From contig JACPYV010000130.1 of assembly GCA_016195825.1 (NCBI GenBank), positions 3,719 to 67,718 of the forward strand: a DNA stretch of 64,000 nucleotides, read 5' to 3'. The stretch is from Burkholderiales bacterium (lineage in GTDB: Bacteria > Pseudomonadota > Gammaproteobacteria > Burkholderiales > Burkholderiaceae_C). Under the pieces are notes generated by a model. The model was not told the origin of the DNA. It searched no databases and was given only the letters and a program-made list of their open reading frames with translations. Made by a program: the position numbers and the translations under genes. Every line of letters begins with the position of its first letter. The stretch's first letter is position 1. This document shows positions 21,798 through 31,699 of the stretch, in pieces.

Positions 21798-22170
21798 GGG
21801 GCCGACCTGGTTTCGACGTGGGTGCGGATCCGGAGTAGGGCATGCCGAACACCAGTCCGCTCGTAAAACCACTGGAAACAAAGTAACTGCAAACGACTCT
21901 ACGTTCGCACTCGCCGCTTAATTGCGGATGAGCTTCTCAACGGCAGGCCGATGGGCCGGGCTGAGTTCCGCAAGGGGCAAGGCTGAGAAGTCACTCACAT
22001 CGGCTGGCCATTTGCTGGGTCACTCAGCAGGTGGTGAGATCAAGTGACTGGCGGAAAAGCTAGCGTGCCATTGCGCGAGTTGACCGTGAGATTCAAATCA
22101 ACCGGCTAAGCATGTAGATCTGCCCGGTGATGGCTTGCGGACGGGGGTTCAATTCCCCCCGGCTCCACCA
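21798..22170 (+). ncRNA. ssrA: tmRNA
   Basis: 5' GGGGCCG pairs with 3' CGGCTCC-ACCA including a G3.U wobble; T-arm GGGGTTCAATTCCCC; internal tag frame. Confidence 0.97.
21889..21921 (+). other. tmRNA proteolysis tag reading frame ANDSTFALAA*
   Basis: GCA AAC GAC TCT ACG TTC GCA CTC GCC GCT TAA. Confidence 0.9.
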
Positions 22171-22178
22171 TCCAAAAC

Positions 22179-22209
22179 AAAAGCCCGGTCCGTTTGGACC
22201 GGGCTTTTT
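22179..22209. terminator. Bidirectional intrinsic terminator between ssrA and lexA
   Basis: Perfect AAAAGCCCGGTCC-GTTT-GGACCGGGCTTTT. Confidence 0.85.
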
Positions 22210-22227
22210 ATTTACCTGGATCCGGCG

Positions 22228-22899
22228 TCAATTGAAGCCCTGGCCGCGGATCAATCCGACCGCCAGGCCTTCGATGCTGAAATGTTCGCCGTCCGGCGCC
22301 ACGCGGATGGGCTCGAAATCGGGGTTCTCGGGCAACAACTCTATTCCTTCGGGCCCGCGCCTGAAGCGCTTGACGGTGACTTCATCGCCGACACGGGCGA
22401 CGACGATCTGGCCGTTGCGGGCCTCCTTGGCTGATTGCACTGCCAGCAGGTCGCCGTCGAGGATGCCGATGTCCCTCATGCTCATGCCCTTGACCTTGAG
22501 CAAGTAGTCGGGCTTCTTGGCAAACAGGCCGGGCTCGACGGTATAGGTCTGCTCGATGTGTTCCTGCGCCAGGATGGGCGCGCCGGCAGCGACGCGGCCG
22601 ATCAGCGGCAGCGTCAGCTGGGCCAGGCTGGCCAGCGGCAGCATGACCTGGCGGGCGCGGTTGACGGCATTCAATGCGTCGGACTTGAGCCGGATGCCGC
22701 GCGAGGTGCCGCCGACCAGCTCCAGCATGCCTTTACGCGCCAGCGCCTGCAGATGCTCCTCGGCCGCGTTGGCGGATTTGAAGCCCAGCTCTGCAGCGAT
22801 TTCGGCGCGCGTCGGGGGCGCGCCGGTGCTTTCGATCGCGTGGCGCACCAGCTCGAAAATCTGCTGCTGTCGGGCGGTAAGCTTGGGTTGGTCTTGCAC
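22228..22899 (-). CDS. lexA: SOS repressor LexA
   Basis: [24 protein letters not shown] (Ala-Gly cleavage site), GMSM (Ser), VTVKRF (Lys); GTG start. Confidence 0.95.
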   Translation of the reverse strand: MQDQPKLTARQQQIFELVRHAIESTGAPPTRAEIAAELGFKSANAAEEHLQALARKGMLELVGGTSRGIRLKSDALNAVNRARQVMLPLASLAQLTLPLIGRVAAGAPILAQEHIEQTYTVEPGLFAKKPDYLLKVKGMSMRDIGILDGDLLAVQSAKEARNGQIVVARVGDEVTVKRFRRGPEGIELLPENPDFEPIRVAPDGEHFSIEGLAVGLIRGQGFN

Positions 22900-22918
22900 G
22901 GGCGGCCTTTGAAGGTGG

Positions 22919-22953
22919 CTGGAAATCTGTCCAGCACCTGTATTTTCATCCAG
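22919..22953. promoter_or_regulatory. Two tandem LexA (SOS) boxes
   Basis: CTGG-N8-CCAG at 22919-22934 and CTGT-N8-CCAG at 22938-22953, directly upstream of lexA. Confidence 0.75.
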
Positions 22954-22965
22954 GAAAACACGAAA

Positions 22966-23904
22966 TTGCAAATCCTTGATCGTCTGATCGTCATTCTGGG
23001 TACCGGCGGCACGATTGCCGGTACTGCCCAATCAGCCAGCGACGGCGTCGGGTACACGGCGGCGCAACTGCGCGTCGAGGATCTGCTGGCCGCCGTGCCA
23101 GCCCTATCGGGGCAGCGGCTGGAGGCGCATCAAGTGGCGCAACTGGACAGCAAGGACATGGACTTCGCCACCTGGCAGCGGCTGGCGAATGCGGTGCAGC
23201 AGCAGCTGGCGCGGCCCGAGGTGGACGGCGTGGTCATCACGCACGGCACGGACACGCTAGAGGAGACGGCCTATTTCCTGCACCGCGTGCTGGCGCCGAC
23301 CAAGCCGGTGGTGCTGACCGCGGCGATGCGGCCGGCGACGGCGCTGGCGCCGGACGGCCCGCAAAATCTGTTCGATGCGGTGCAGGTTGCTGCGACACCA
23401 GGGGCCGCGGGCGTGGTCGTGACGTTTGCCGGCCGTGTGCATGACGCGGTGCAGGTGCGCAAGACGCACAGCTACCGCGTCGATGCGTTCGAGTCGGCTG
23501 ATGGGGCGATCGTGGCGCGGGTGGAGGAGGGCGCCGTGAGGCTGCTGAGCGGTTGGCCCACTGGAGGTGCGCTGGGTCTGGCGCGTATCGTCCGGCCGGC
23601 TGCACGCTGGCCGCGGGTCGAGATCGTCATGAACCACGCCGGCGCAGACGGTGCCATCGTGCGCGCGCTGCTGACCAGCGGCGTTGACGGGCTGATCGCG
23701 GCCGGCACCGGCAACGGCACGCTGAGTGCCGGGCTTGACGCGGCATTGCGCGAAGCCCAGGCGGTTGGAGTGAAGGTCTGTCGCAGCACGCGCTGCGATG
23801 CCGGGCCGGTCATGGCACTTCCCGGCCTGCTGCCCAGCGCGGGTGCACTGAGCCCGGTCAAGGCCAGGGTCGAGCTGATCCTGGCCTTGCTGGGCGACGA
23901 CTGA
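22966..23904 (+). CDS. L-asparaginase/glutaminase
   Basis: GTGGTIAG and HGTDTLEET catalytic Thr motifs, TAAMRP; TTG start is approximate. Confidence 0.85.
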   Translation: MQILDRLIVILGTGGTIAGTAQSASDGVGYTAAQLRVEDLLAAVPALSGQRLEAHQVAQLDSKDMDFATWQRLANAVQQQLARPEVDGVVITHGTDTLEETAYFLHRVLAPTKPVVLTAAMRPATALAPDGPQNLFDAVQVAATPGAAGVVVTFAGRVHDAVQVRKTHSYRVDAFESADGAIVARVEEGAVRLLSGWPTGGALGLARIVRPAARWPRVEIVMNHAGADGAIVRALLTSGVDGLIAAGTGNGTLSAGLDAALREAQAVGVKVCRSTRCDAGPVMALPGLLPSAGALSPVKARVELILALLGDD

Positions 23905-25362
23905 TCAGCCGCGGCGGCGACGGGCGATGAAGCCCAGCGCACCGAGACCAGCCAGCAGCATCGCGTAGCTGCCGGGCTCTGGCACCGGCGAGATGCCTTG
24001 CTGGACCAGCGTGTTGCTGTCGAAGGCGAAGACGTAGAACTTGTTGCCGTACGTGATGGGCGTCACGCTGCCGTTGGGCACGGCGGTGCTCAGGAAGTCG
24101 TTGTCGTTGGCCAGGTAGAGGGTGTGCTTGAGCGTGCCGTTGACCAAAACGTCCTCGCCGAAGGCGATGCCTTCGAGCTTGGACGGGATCTGCGCATCAG
24201 GGATGCCGGCGGCGTTGAGCGCGGCCTTGATGTCGAGGAAGCGGGTACCGACGATGGCAGCGCTGCTCTGCGTGCGCAGGTCGGCGATGCCGCTGACGTC
24301 GGCAGCGCCGGTCAGGTCGATCTTGATGAGTTGCTTGACGGCCGCCTTGGAGCCATCGCTCAGGCCCTTGCCATCACGCTCCAGCACCAGCAATTCATGG
24401 TCGTTCAACGCCAGCAGCTCGCTGCTGTTGTAGTTGGTACCGTTGATGGCATTGTTGAAGGCGTATTGGCCCACGGCGCCCGTGGCGACGTCGATCTTGA
24501 CGATGCGGTTCAGGAAGGAACCCTTGTTGTCGCCACCGTCCTGGATCAGCGGGCTCTGCATGAAGCCGAACAGCGTCTTGCCGTCGGGCGAGATGGCCAG
24601 GCCCTCCATGCCCTTGTTGGCGACGCGGCCGCTGGTGTTGCCGGAGATCTCGGCAGCGCCGGAGGAGCTGAGGTTGGCGACGGCAAAGCCGTTCGGCAGG
24701 CTGTAGGTGCGCAGGCGCTGGCCGGTCGTGCGGTCGAACTGGTAGACGTAGGGACCGTACTCGTCGGAGATGAAGACGCTCTTGCCGTCATTGGAAACGC
24801 GGATGCCTTCCGGGTCCAGGCGGGCGTTGGCCGGGTTGGTGGACAGGCCGGCGGCGAAATTGTCTGAGCGGCCGGAGAAGTAGTTCTTGCTGCCCGCCGC
24901 GAGCGTGCTGCTGTCGACGATGCCAGCCAGGGTCGGTGCCTTGGCGCCGTAGTTCAGCGCGGTCGTGCTGGACAGCAGCGTCGTGGACTTCAGCGTCGGC
25001 GTCAGGGTGTAGGGCAGGGCGGAGCCGGCGGCGTTGGCGGTCAGGCTTAGCTGCACCGTGTGAAACCGGCCGATGAAGGACGTGGTGTTGTCCACTGCCC
25101 CACCGTTCAGGTAGGGCTCGGCGTTGGGGCCGCGGTCCGGCAGGGCCAGGAAGGTGTTGCCACCGGCCCAGGCCAGGCCCGAGCCCAGGCCACCCAGCAG
25201 ATTGGCAGCCAGGCCGCTTTCCAGCGAGTAATTCAGACCGGAGAGGTCACTCAGCGAACCGCTCAGCGTGCCCATGCCGATCAGCACCGGCTCGGCCGCG
25301 CGGATTGGGGCGGCGAGGACCAGCAGGGTGCTGGCGAGCACGGTGGTCAGGAAAGGGCGCAT
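23905..25362 (-). CDS. Secreted phytase-like esterase (beta-propeller) with PEP-CTERM sorting signal
   Basis: Signal peptide; LPDRGP, LDPEGI, ISDEYGP, NKGMEGLA, KLEGI, NDNDF; C-terminus VPEPGSYAMLLAGLGALGFIARRR. Confidence 0.8.
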   Translation of the reverse strand: MRPFLTTVLASTLLVLAAPIRAAEPVLIGMGTLSGSLSDLSGLNYSLESGLAANLLGGLGSGLAWAGGNTFLALPDRGPNAEPYLNGGAVDNTTSFIGRFHTVQLSLTANAAGSALPYTLTPTLKSTTLLSSTTALNYGAKAPTLAGIVDSSTLAAGSKNYFSGRSDNFAAGLSTNPANARLDPEGIRVSNDGKSVFISDEYGPYVYQFDRTTGQRLRTYSLPNGFAVANLSSSGAAEISGNTSGRVANKGMEGLAISPDGKTLFGFMQSPLIQDGGDNKGSFLNRIVKIDVATGAVGQYAFNNAINGTNYNSSELLALNDHELLVLERDGKGLSDGSKAAVKQLIKIDLTGAADVSGIADLRTQSSAAIVGTRFLDIKAALNAAGIPDAQIPSKLEGIAFGEDVLVNGTLKHTLYLANDNDFLSTAVPNGSVTPITYGNKFYVFAFDSNTLVQQGISPVPEPGSYAMLLAGLGALGFIARRRRG

Positions 25363-25411
25363 CGCGGGTCTCCGGAGGTGGTTGGAAAACCCGCGATGCT
25401 GACCGCCTGCC

Positions 25412-25427
25412 GTGACGCCCGCGTGAC
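25412..25427 (-). promoter_or_regulatory. Pho-box-like tandem GTCAC repeat (11-bp period)
   Basis: Minus strand GTCAC-gcgggc-GTCAC, about 50 bp upstream of the phytase-like gene. Confidence 0.4.
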
Positions 25428-25461
25428 GGATGTCACGAACGGGCGCTCACGTCGAGCGACC

Positions 25462-25896
25462 TCAGACGATGGTCAGCGTCACGTCGACGTTGCCGCGCGT
25501 GGCGTTCGAGTAGGGGCAGACCTCGTGGGCGGTGGCCACCAGGGCCTCCAGCGCGGCGCGGTCCATGCCGGGCACGGAGATCTTCATGTCGACCTGGATG
25601 CCGAACGCGCCGGGCTTGTTGGCGTGAGGGCCGATGCCGACTTCCGTCGTGATCGACACCTCCGCCGGCAGACTGACCTTCTGGCGGGCCGACACAGCCT
25701 TCATCGCGCCGATGAAGCAGGCGGAGTAGCCGGCCGCGAACAGCTGCTCGGGGTTGGTGCCGGTGGCGCCGTCGCCGCCGAGCTGCTTAGGCGTGGTCAG
25801 CACAAGGTCCAGCACGCCGTCGGAGGACTTGGCGGTGCCGGCGCGGCCACCGGTGGCGGTGGCGGTGGCGGTGTAGAGGGCTTTTTCGATGGCCAT
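25462..25896 (-). CDS. ohr: Organic hydroperoxide resistance protein
   Basis: LYTATATATGGR, NPEQLFAAGYSACF, VCPYS. Confidence 0.95.
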   Translation of the reverse strand: MAIEKALYTATATATGGRAGTAKSSDGVLDLVLTTPKQLGGDGATGTNPEQLFAAGYSACFIGAMKAVSARQKVSLPAEVSITTEVGIGPHANKPGAFGIQVDMKISVPGMDRAALEALVATAHEVCPYSNATRGNVDVTLTIV

Positions 25897-25949
25897 GGTG
25901 GGCTCCTGTGGGTGGTTGGGGTGGGGGAAGAACTCGAGATGGAGGGCGG

Positions 25950-26432
25950 TCAACCCGCCTCGGATGCCGCGGCCAGTTGGCCGCGCAATTGGTGAAGCCT
26001 CTGGGTCAAGGCAGTCAGCTCGTCCAGGTCGCAGGCGCTGGCGCATGCCAACTGGCCGGGGATGTCGAGGGCCCGGGTACGCAGGTCGCGGCCGGCCGGG
26101 GTCAGGAAGATGTCAACGCGGCGCTCGTCATCTCGGGCACGGCGGCGTTCGAGGTGGCCCAGCAACTCCAGCCGCTTGAGCAGCGGCGTCAGCGTGCCCG
26201 AGTCCAGTGATAGGCGCTGGCCCAACTGCGAGACGCTGAGGCCGTCCGCCTCCCACAGCACCAACATGACCAGGTATTGCGGATAGGTCAGGCCCAGCGG
26301 CGCGAGCAGCGGCTTGTAGATCTTGGTCATGGCCAGCGAGCTCGAATACAGCGCGAAGCAGAGCTGGTGGTCCAGCTGCAGCCACTGATCGCGGGGATCG
26401 GCGGTGGCGGTGGAAGCGTTGGCGGACGGCAT
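25950..26432 (-). CDS. ohrR: MarR-family organic hydroperoxide sensor
   Basis: QLCFALY sensing Cys, LTYPQYLV, LDSGTLTPLLKRLE; adjacent to ohr. Confidence 0.9.
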   Translation of the reverse strand: MPSANASTATADPRDQWLQLDHQLCFALYSSSLAMTKIYKPLLAPLGLTYPQYLVMLVLWEADGLSVSQLGQRLSLDSGTLTPLLKRLELLGHLERRRARDDERRVDIFLTPAGRDLRTRALDIPGQLACASACDLDELTALTQRLHQLRGQLAAASEAG

Positions 26433-26448
26433 GGGAATTAATGTAGTC

Positions 26449-26467
26449 AACAATTCAATTGCACACA
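26449..26467. promoter_or_regulatory. OhrR operator-like inverted repeat
   Basis: ACAATT-C-AATTGC(ACACA), 17 bp from the ohrR start. Confidence 0.55.
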
Positions 26468-26551
26468 AGCAAAATGGTCTTTTGGGAGACACGCGACGCT
26501 AGGACGATCTGCGAGGATCCGCCACCCCAATCAATGACGAGGAGCGAGACG

Positions 26552-26914
26552 ATGCAGATGGTCGCAATCGGGCTGGCCGCGCTGGTGGCGCTGCTGCACC
26601 TGTATTTCCTGGTACTGGAAATGTTCTTCTGGACCAAGCCGCTGGGACGCAAGGCCTTCGGGCTGGACAAGGACTTCGCCGAGAAGAGCAAGGCGCTGGC
26701 GGCCAATCAGGGCCTCTACAACGGCTTTCTCGTCGCCGGCCTGGCCTGGGGCCTGCTGCAGGGTGCAGCGGGCGCGGGCAGGCCCTGGCTGGTGTTCTTC
26801 CTGGGCTGTGTCATCGTGGCAGGCGTTTTCGGCGCGGCCACGGCGTCCAAGAAGATCCTGGTCGTGCAAGCGCTGCCGGGCGCTCTGGCCCTTGCAGCGG
26901 TGCTCGCCAGCTGA
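26552..26914 (+). CDS. DUF1304-like small membrane protein
   Basis: LHLYFLVLEMFFW, LAANQGLYNGFL, VQALP. Confidence 0.8.
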   Translation: MQMVAIGLAALVALLHLYFLVLEMFFWTKPLGRKAFGLDKDFAEKSKALAANQGLYNGFLVAGLAWGLLQGAAGAGRPWLVFFLGCVIVAGVFGAATASKKILVVQALPGALALAAVLAS

Positions 26915-26917
26915 GCC

Positions 26918-28849
26918 TCAGCTGAGCGCCTCGATTTGTTCGCCCAGCTCCAGCCAGCGCATCTCGTCGGCTTCGAGCTGGTCGCTGATCGCCTTCAGCC
27001 GCTTGCCCATCTCGGCAATGGCCGAAGCCACAGCGCCTTCGGCAAGCTGGGCTTCTATCTCGGTGCGCTCGGTGGCCAGGGCATGCATGCGCTTGTCGAT
27101 CTGCTCCATCTCCTTGCGCAGCGGCCGGGTCTGCTCGGCCACCTTGGCGCGCGCCTGGCCTGAGGCCTTGCGGTCCTCGCGCGGCGCGGGTGCTGGCGCG
27201 GGTGCCGCTGCGGCAACAGGCGCGGGCGCCGCGGCCGATTGCTTTTTGGCCGCGCGGGCGGCTTCCTTGCTCTGGTCCAGCAGCCAGCGCTGGTAGTCGT
27301 CCAGGTCGCCGTCGAACGGCTTGACGACGCCGTCGGCCACCAGCCAGAACTCGTCGCAGACCTCGCGCAGCAGCGCGCGGTCGTGGCTGACCAGCATGAC
27401 GGTGCCTTCGAACTCATTGAGCGCCATCGACAGCGCCTCGCGGGTGTTCAGGTCCAGGTGGTTGGTCGGTTCGTCCAGCAGCAGCAAGTTGGGGCGCTGC
27501 CACACGAGCATCGCCAGCACGAGACGCGCCTTCTCGCCGCCGGACAGGCTGCCGACCTGCTGGTTGACCATGTCGCCGGTGAAGCGGAATTGGCCGAGGA
27601 AGTCGCGAAGCTCCTGCTCGCGGCCAGCGGGGCCGACCTCTCGGGCGAGGCGCACCATGTGCTCCAGTGGGCCTTCGTCAAGGCGCAGCACGTCCAGCTC
27701 CTGCTGGGCGAAATAGCCGATGGACAGGCCCTTGCCCTGCGTCAGCTTGCCGGCAAGGGCCGGCTGGGTGCCGGCAATCGTCTTGACCAGCGTGGACTTG
27801 CCCTGACCGTTGGCGCCGAGGATACCGATGCGCTGTCCGGCCAGCACGGAGCGGTCGACATTGCGCACGATGGTCGTCGTGCCATAGCCCGCCGCCATCT
27901 CGTCGAACATCAGCATCGGGTTGGGCAGGTTCAGCGGCTCGCGGAACTCAAAGTTGAAGTCCGCTGACGCCAGCACCGGCGCCAGCCGCTCCATGCGCTC
28001 CAACGCCTTCACGCGACTCTGCGCCTGCTTGGCCTTGCTGGCCTTGGCCTTGAAGCGGTCGATGAACTTCTGCAGGTGTGCCACGCGGTCCTGCTGCTTG
28101 GAGAAGGCAGCCTGTTGCAAGACCATGCGTTCCGCGCGCTGGGTCTCGAAGCTGGTGTAGTTGCCGCCGTAGCTCACCAGCTTGCCTTCGTCTAGATGCA
28201 GCGTGACCTTGGTGATCGCGTCGAGGAATTCGCGGTCATGGCTGATGACGATCAGCGTGCCGTCGTAGCGCTGCAGCCAGGCTTCGAGCCAGACCAGCGC
28301 GTCCAGGTCCAAGTGGTTGGTGGGCTCGTCTAGCAGCATCAGCTCGGCCGGGCACATCAGCGCACGCGCCAGCTGCAGGCGCATGCGCCAGCCGCCCGAG
28401 AAGCTGTTGACCGGCGCATCGAGCTGCTCGGTCTTGAAGCCCAGACCCATCAGCAGCGCTTGCGCGCGCGAACGGGCGTCAAAGGCGCCGACGTCGGCCA
28501 GCAGCGCGTGCGCGTCGGCCATTGCGTGGCCGTCGTTGGCGGCCTCGGCGGCTTCCAGCGCCGCACGGGCCTCAACGAGCGGCAGGTCGCCTTCGAGCAC
28601 GTAGTCGGTCGCGCCGTCGTCGGTCTCCGGCATGTTCTGGGCGACCTCGGAGCGGCGCCAGTGCCTGGGCACCTCGACCTCGCCCTTGTCGTTGCCCAGG
28701 CGGTGCGTCAGCAGTGCGAAGAGGCTGGATTTGCCGGCGCCGTTGCGGCCGACGAGGCCGATCTTCTCGCCGGGTTGCAGCGTGGCGGATGCGTTGTCCA
28801 GCACCACCTTGATGCCGCGGCGCAGCGTGATGTCGCGCAGCGTGATCAT
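26918..28849 (-). CDS. ABC-F family ATPase (YheS-like)
   Basis: Two NBDs (GRNGAGKS/FSGGWRMR and GANGQGKS/LSGGEKAR), LDEPTNHLD twice, no TM domain. Confidence 0.9.
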   Translation of the reverse strand: MITLRDITLRRGIKVVLDNASATLQPGEKIGLVGRNGAGKSSLFALLTHRLGNDKGEVEVPRHWRRSEVAQNMPETDDGATDYVLEGDLPLVEARAALEAAEAANDGHAMADAHALLADVGAFDARSRAQALLMGLGFKTEQLDAPVNSFSGGWRMRLQLARALMCPAELMLLDEPTNHLDLDALVWLEAWLQRYDGTLIVISHDREFLDAITKVTLHLDEGKLVSYGGNYTSFETQRAERMVLQQAAFSKQQDRVAHLQKFIDRFKAKASKAKQAQSRVKALERMERLAPVLASADFNFEFREPLNLPNPMLMFDEMAAGYGTTTIVRNVDRSVLAGQRIGILGANGQGKSTLVKTIAGTQPALAGKLTQGKGLSIGYFAQQELDVLRLDEGPLEHMVRLAREVGPAGREQELRDFLGQFRFTGDMVNQQVGSLSGGEKARLVLAMLVWQRPNLLLLDEPTNHLDLNTREALSMALNEFEGTVMLVSHDRALLREVCDEFWLVADGVVKPFDGDLDDYQRWLLDQSKEAARAAKKQSAAAPAPVAAAAPAPAPAPREDRKASGQARAKVAEQTRPLRKEMEQIDKRMHALATERTEIEAQLAEGAVASAIAEMGKRLKAISDQLEADEMRWLELGEQIEALS

Positions 28850-29706
28850 TGCAGCGCCTCCTTGGTGAGCAGGAGGACTTGATCGGCACCGGAAGAGGTC
28901 TCGAGCCAGACGGTTTCAAGCGCCGGGAAGGCCGCTTCGAAATGCTCGCGCTCGTTGCCGATCTCCAGCACCAGCACGCCGGCGTCGGTCAGGGCAGCGG
29001 GCACGGCACGCAGCAGCTCGCGGATGAAGTCCATGCCGTCCTTGCCGCCGGCCAAAGCCAGTTCGGGCTCGGCGCGGTACTCGGCGGGCAGGGCGGCCAT
29101 GCTGGTGCTGTTCACGTAGGGCGGATTGCAGAGAATCAAGTCGTAAGGTCCTTGGGCGCCAGCGAGGCCGTCGCCTTGCAGCAGCCGGATGCGCAGCGCC
29201 AAGTTGTGGCGTTCGACATTCAGCTTTGCCACGGCCAGCGCGTTGGTGTCGATGTCCAGCGCATCGACTTCCACATCGGGCCAGGCCATCGCGGCCAGCA
29301 CGGCCAGACTGCCATTGCCGGTGCACAGGTCCAGCACGCGGCAGCTGTCGGGGTGCAGCCAGGGGTCGATGCTGGCGTCGGCGATCAGCTCAGCGATAAA
29401 GCTGCGCGGCACGATGGCGCGCTCGTCGACGGTGAACGGCACGCCTTGCAGCCAGGCCTCGCCCGTCAGGTAGGCGGCAGGCTTGCGCGTCGCGATGCGC
29501 TCATCCACCAGCGCGGCAACGGCCGCCAGCTCAGCCTCGGTCAGTTCCCGCTCGGCCTGTTCATCCAGCGCATCCAGCGGCAAGCCCAGGCGCCACAGTA
29601 CCAGCCACGCGGCTTCGTCGAACGCGTTCGTCGTGCCATGGCCAAAAAACAAGCCCGCCTGGTCGAGGCGGGCGGCTTGGGAGGTGATGCAGGCGATCAG
29701 TTTCAA
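28846..29706 (-). CDS. prmB: 50S ribosomal protein L3 N5-glutamine methyltransferase
   Basis: FGHGTTNAFDEAAWL, IVPRSFIAEL, LDLCTGNG, CNPPY; TTG start overlaps the pilU stop. Confidence 0.9.
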   Translation of the reverse strand: MKLIACITSQAARLDQAGLFFGHGTTNAFDEAAWLVLWRLGLPLDALDEQAERELTEAELAAVAALVDERIATRKPAAYLTGEAWLQGVPFTVDERAIVPRSFIAELIADASIDPWLHPDSCRVLDLCTGNGSLAVLAAMAWPDVEVDALDIDTNALAVAKLNVERHNLALRIRLLQGDGLAGAQGPYDLILCNPPYVNSTSMAALPAEYRAEPELALAGGKDGMDFIRELLRAVPAALTDAGVLVLEIGNEREHFEAAFPALETVWLETSSGADQVLLLTKEALQ

Positions 29707-30872
29707 GAGGTGCGCACGTCGAGCGTGATTTCGGTGAAGCTGGCGTCGTCGCCAGCCTTTTCTTCCTTGCGTGGCGTGCTCATCAGGCGCTGGCCGGGCG
29801 CCTCGTTCTGCAGACGCCACAGCAGGTTGGTGGGCGAGTCCGCGAAGGCCAGGCCTTCCTCGCGGGTAATGACGCCGTCGGTGATGAGCTTGGCGAAATG
29901 CTCTTCGTAGGTCTGCGAACCCTCGGCGATGGACTTCTCCATGGCCTCCTTCACACCGGCGAAGTCACCTTGCTCGATCAGCTCGGACACCAGCTTGGAG
30001 TTCAGCAGGATCTCCACAACCGGCACGCGACCGCCGGCCGTCGCGCGCACCAGGCGTTGTGACACGACCGCCTTCAGGCCGGCGGCAAGGTCGTTCAGCA
30101 GCGCGGGGCGGGACTCGGGCGTGTAGAAGGACAGGATGCGGTTCAGCGCGTGGTAGGTGTTGTTGCCGTGCAGCGTAGCCAGCACCAGATGGCCGGACAA
30201 CGCGTAGCTGATGGCCGCTGTCATGGTGTCGCGGTCGCGGATCTCGCCGATCAGGATGCAGTCTGGCGCCTGGCGCAGCGCGTTCTTCAGAGCGATCTGC
30301 AGCGACGCGGTGTCACGGCCGATCTCGCGCTGGTTGACCACCGAGCGCTTGTTGCTAAAGAGGTATTCGATCGGGTCCTCGATGGTGAGGATGTGCCCGG
30401 TCATGGTCTGGTTGCGCATCTCTAGCATGGACGCGAGCGTGGTGCTCTTGCCAGTGCCGGTGGCGCCCACCATCAGGATCAGGCCGCGCTTTTCCTTGAT
30501 CATGGTGCCCAGCACGGGGGGCAACTGCAAGCTGTCCAGCGTTGGGATGTCGTGCGGGATGTGACGGAACACGCCGGCAATGGAGCCACGCTGACGAAAG
30601 CCCGAGAGCCGAAAACTGCCCACGCCGCGCACCGACACGGCCATGTTCAGCTCGCCCGAGTTGTCCAGCTCGGCAAGGCTCCCCGGATCGATGACCTCAG
30701 CGATGAGCTGGCGCGGCTGCGGCGGCGTCAGCAACTGGTCGGACAGCTGCACCGTCTGGCCGTTGATGCGGATCAGCACCGGCATGTTGGCCGACAGATA
30801 GCAGTCCGACGCACCCTTGTCGGCCATCAGCCGCAGGATGCGCTCCATGTTGCCGGCGCTGGGTCCCGTCAT
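29703..30872 (-). CDS. pilU: PilT/PilU-family type IV pilus retraction ATPase (PilU-like)
   Basis: GATGTGKST, TIEDPIE, QREIG.DT, LIGEIRD, GHLVLATLH. Confidence 0.85.
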   Translation of the reverse strand: MTGPSAGNMERILRLMADKGASDCYLSANMPVLIRINGQTVQLSDQLLTPPQPRQLIAEVIDPGSLAELDNSGELNMAVSVRGVGSFRLSGFRQRGSIAGVFRHIPHDIPTLDSLQLPPVLGTMIKEKRGLILMVGATGTGKSTTLASMLEMRNQTMTGHILTIEDPIEYLFSNKRSVVNQREIGRDTASLQIALKNALRQAPDCILIGEIRDRDTMTAAISYALSGHLVLATLHGNNTYHALNRILSFYTPESRPALLNDLAAGLKAVVSQRLVRATAGGRVPVVEILLNSKLVSELIEQGDFAGVKEAMEKSIAEGSQTYEEHFAKLITDGVITREEGLAFADSPTNLLWRLQNEAPGQRLMSTPRKEEKAGDDASFTEITLDVRTS

Positions 30873-30874
30873 GA

Positions 30875-31699
30875 TCAGGCCCGCAGCAGTTCGTTGATGC
30901 TGGTCTTGGAGCGCGTCTGCGCATCGACGCGCTTGACGATGATGGCCGCGTACAGGCTGTAGCGGCCACCATCCTTGGGCAGCGAGCCCGAAATAACGAC
31001 GGAGCCGGCCGGGATGCGGCCGTAGCTCACGGTGTCGGTGGCACGGTCGTAGATGGGCGTGCTCTGGCCGATGTACACGCCCATGGAGATGACCGAGTTC
31101 TCTTCGACGATGACGCCTTCGACCACCTCGGAGCGAGCGCCGATGAAGCAGTTGTCCTCGATGATGGTCGGGTTGGCCTGCAGCGGCTCCAGCACGCCGC
31201 CGATGCCCACGCCGCCGCTCAGGTGCACGTTCTTGCCGATCTGTGCGCAGGAGCCCACGGTGGCCCAGGTGTCGACCATCGCACCTTCGTCGACGTAGGC
31301 GCCGATGTTCACGTACGAGGGCATCAGCACCACGTTCCTGGCCTGGAAGCTACCGCGGCGGGCCACGGCGGGTGGCACCACGCGCACGCCGCTGGCGCGC
31401 AACTGCTCGTCGCTCCAGCCGGCGTACTTGGTGGGCACCTTGTCGAAGAAGGTCAGTTCCTTGTCGCCCATGATGCGGTTGTCGTTCAGGCGGAACGACA
31501 ACAGCACGGCTTTCTTGACCCACTGGTGCACGGTCCACTGGCCCACGCCCTCACGGGTGGCCACGCGCAGGCGGCCGGCGTCCAGCTCGGCGATGACGTG
31601 CTCAACGGCCTGGCGCAGCTCGGGCGCATTGGTCGGGTCGAGGGCGGCGCGGTTGTCCCAGGCAAGGTCGATCAGGCTTTGCAGTTCAGCGGAGTTCAT
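30875..31699 (-). CDS. dapD: Tetrahydrodipicolinate N-succinyltransferase
   Basis: [38 protein letters not shown]. Confidence 0.97.
   Translation of the reverse strand: MNSAELQSLIDLAWDNRAALDPTNAPELRQAVEHVIAELDAGRLRVATREGVGQWTVHQWVKKAVLLSFRLNDNRIMGDKELTFFDKVPTKYAGWSDEQLRASGVRVVPPAVARRGSFQARNVVLMPSYVNIGAYVDEGAMVDTWATVGSCAQIGKNVHLSGGVGIGGVLEPLQANPTIIEDNCFIGARSEVVEGVIVEENSVISMGVYIGQSTPIYDRATDTVSYGRIPAGSVVISGSLPKDGGRYSLYAAIIVKRVDAQTRSKTSINELLRA

Noticed and set aside
22127-22507. ORFs overlapping the ssrA 3' end as a possible integrase or island start
   Set aside because: They are antisense to lexA and have no recombinase motifs or att repeat
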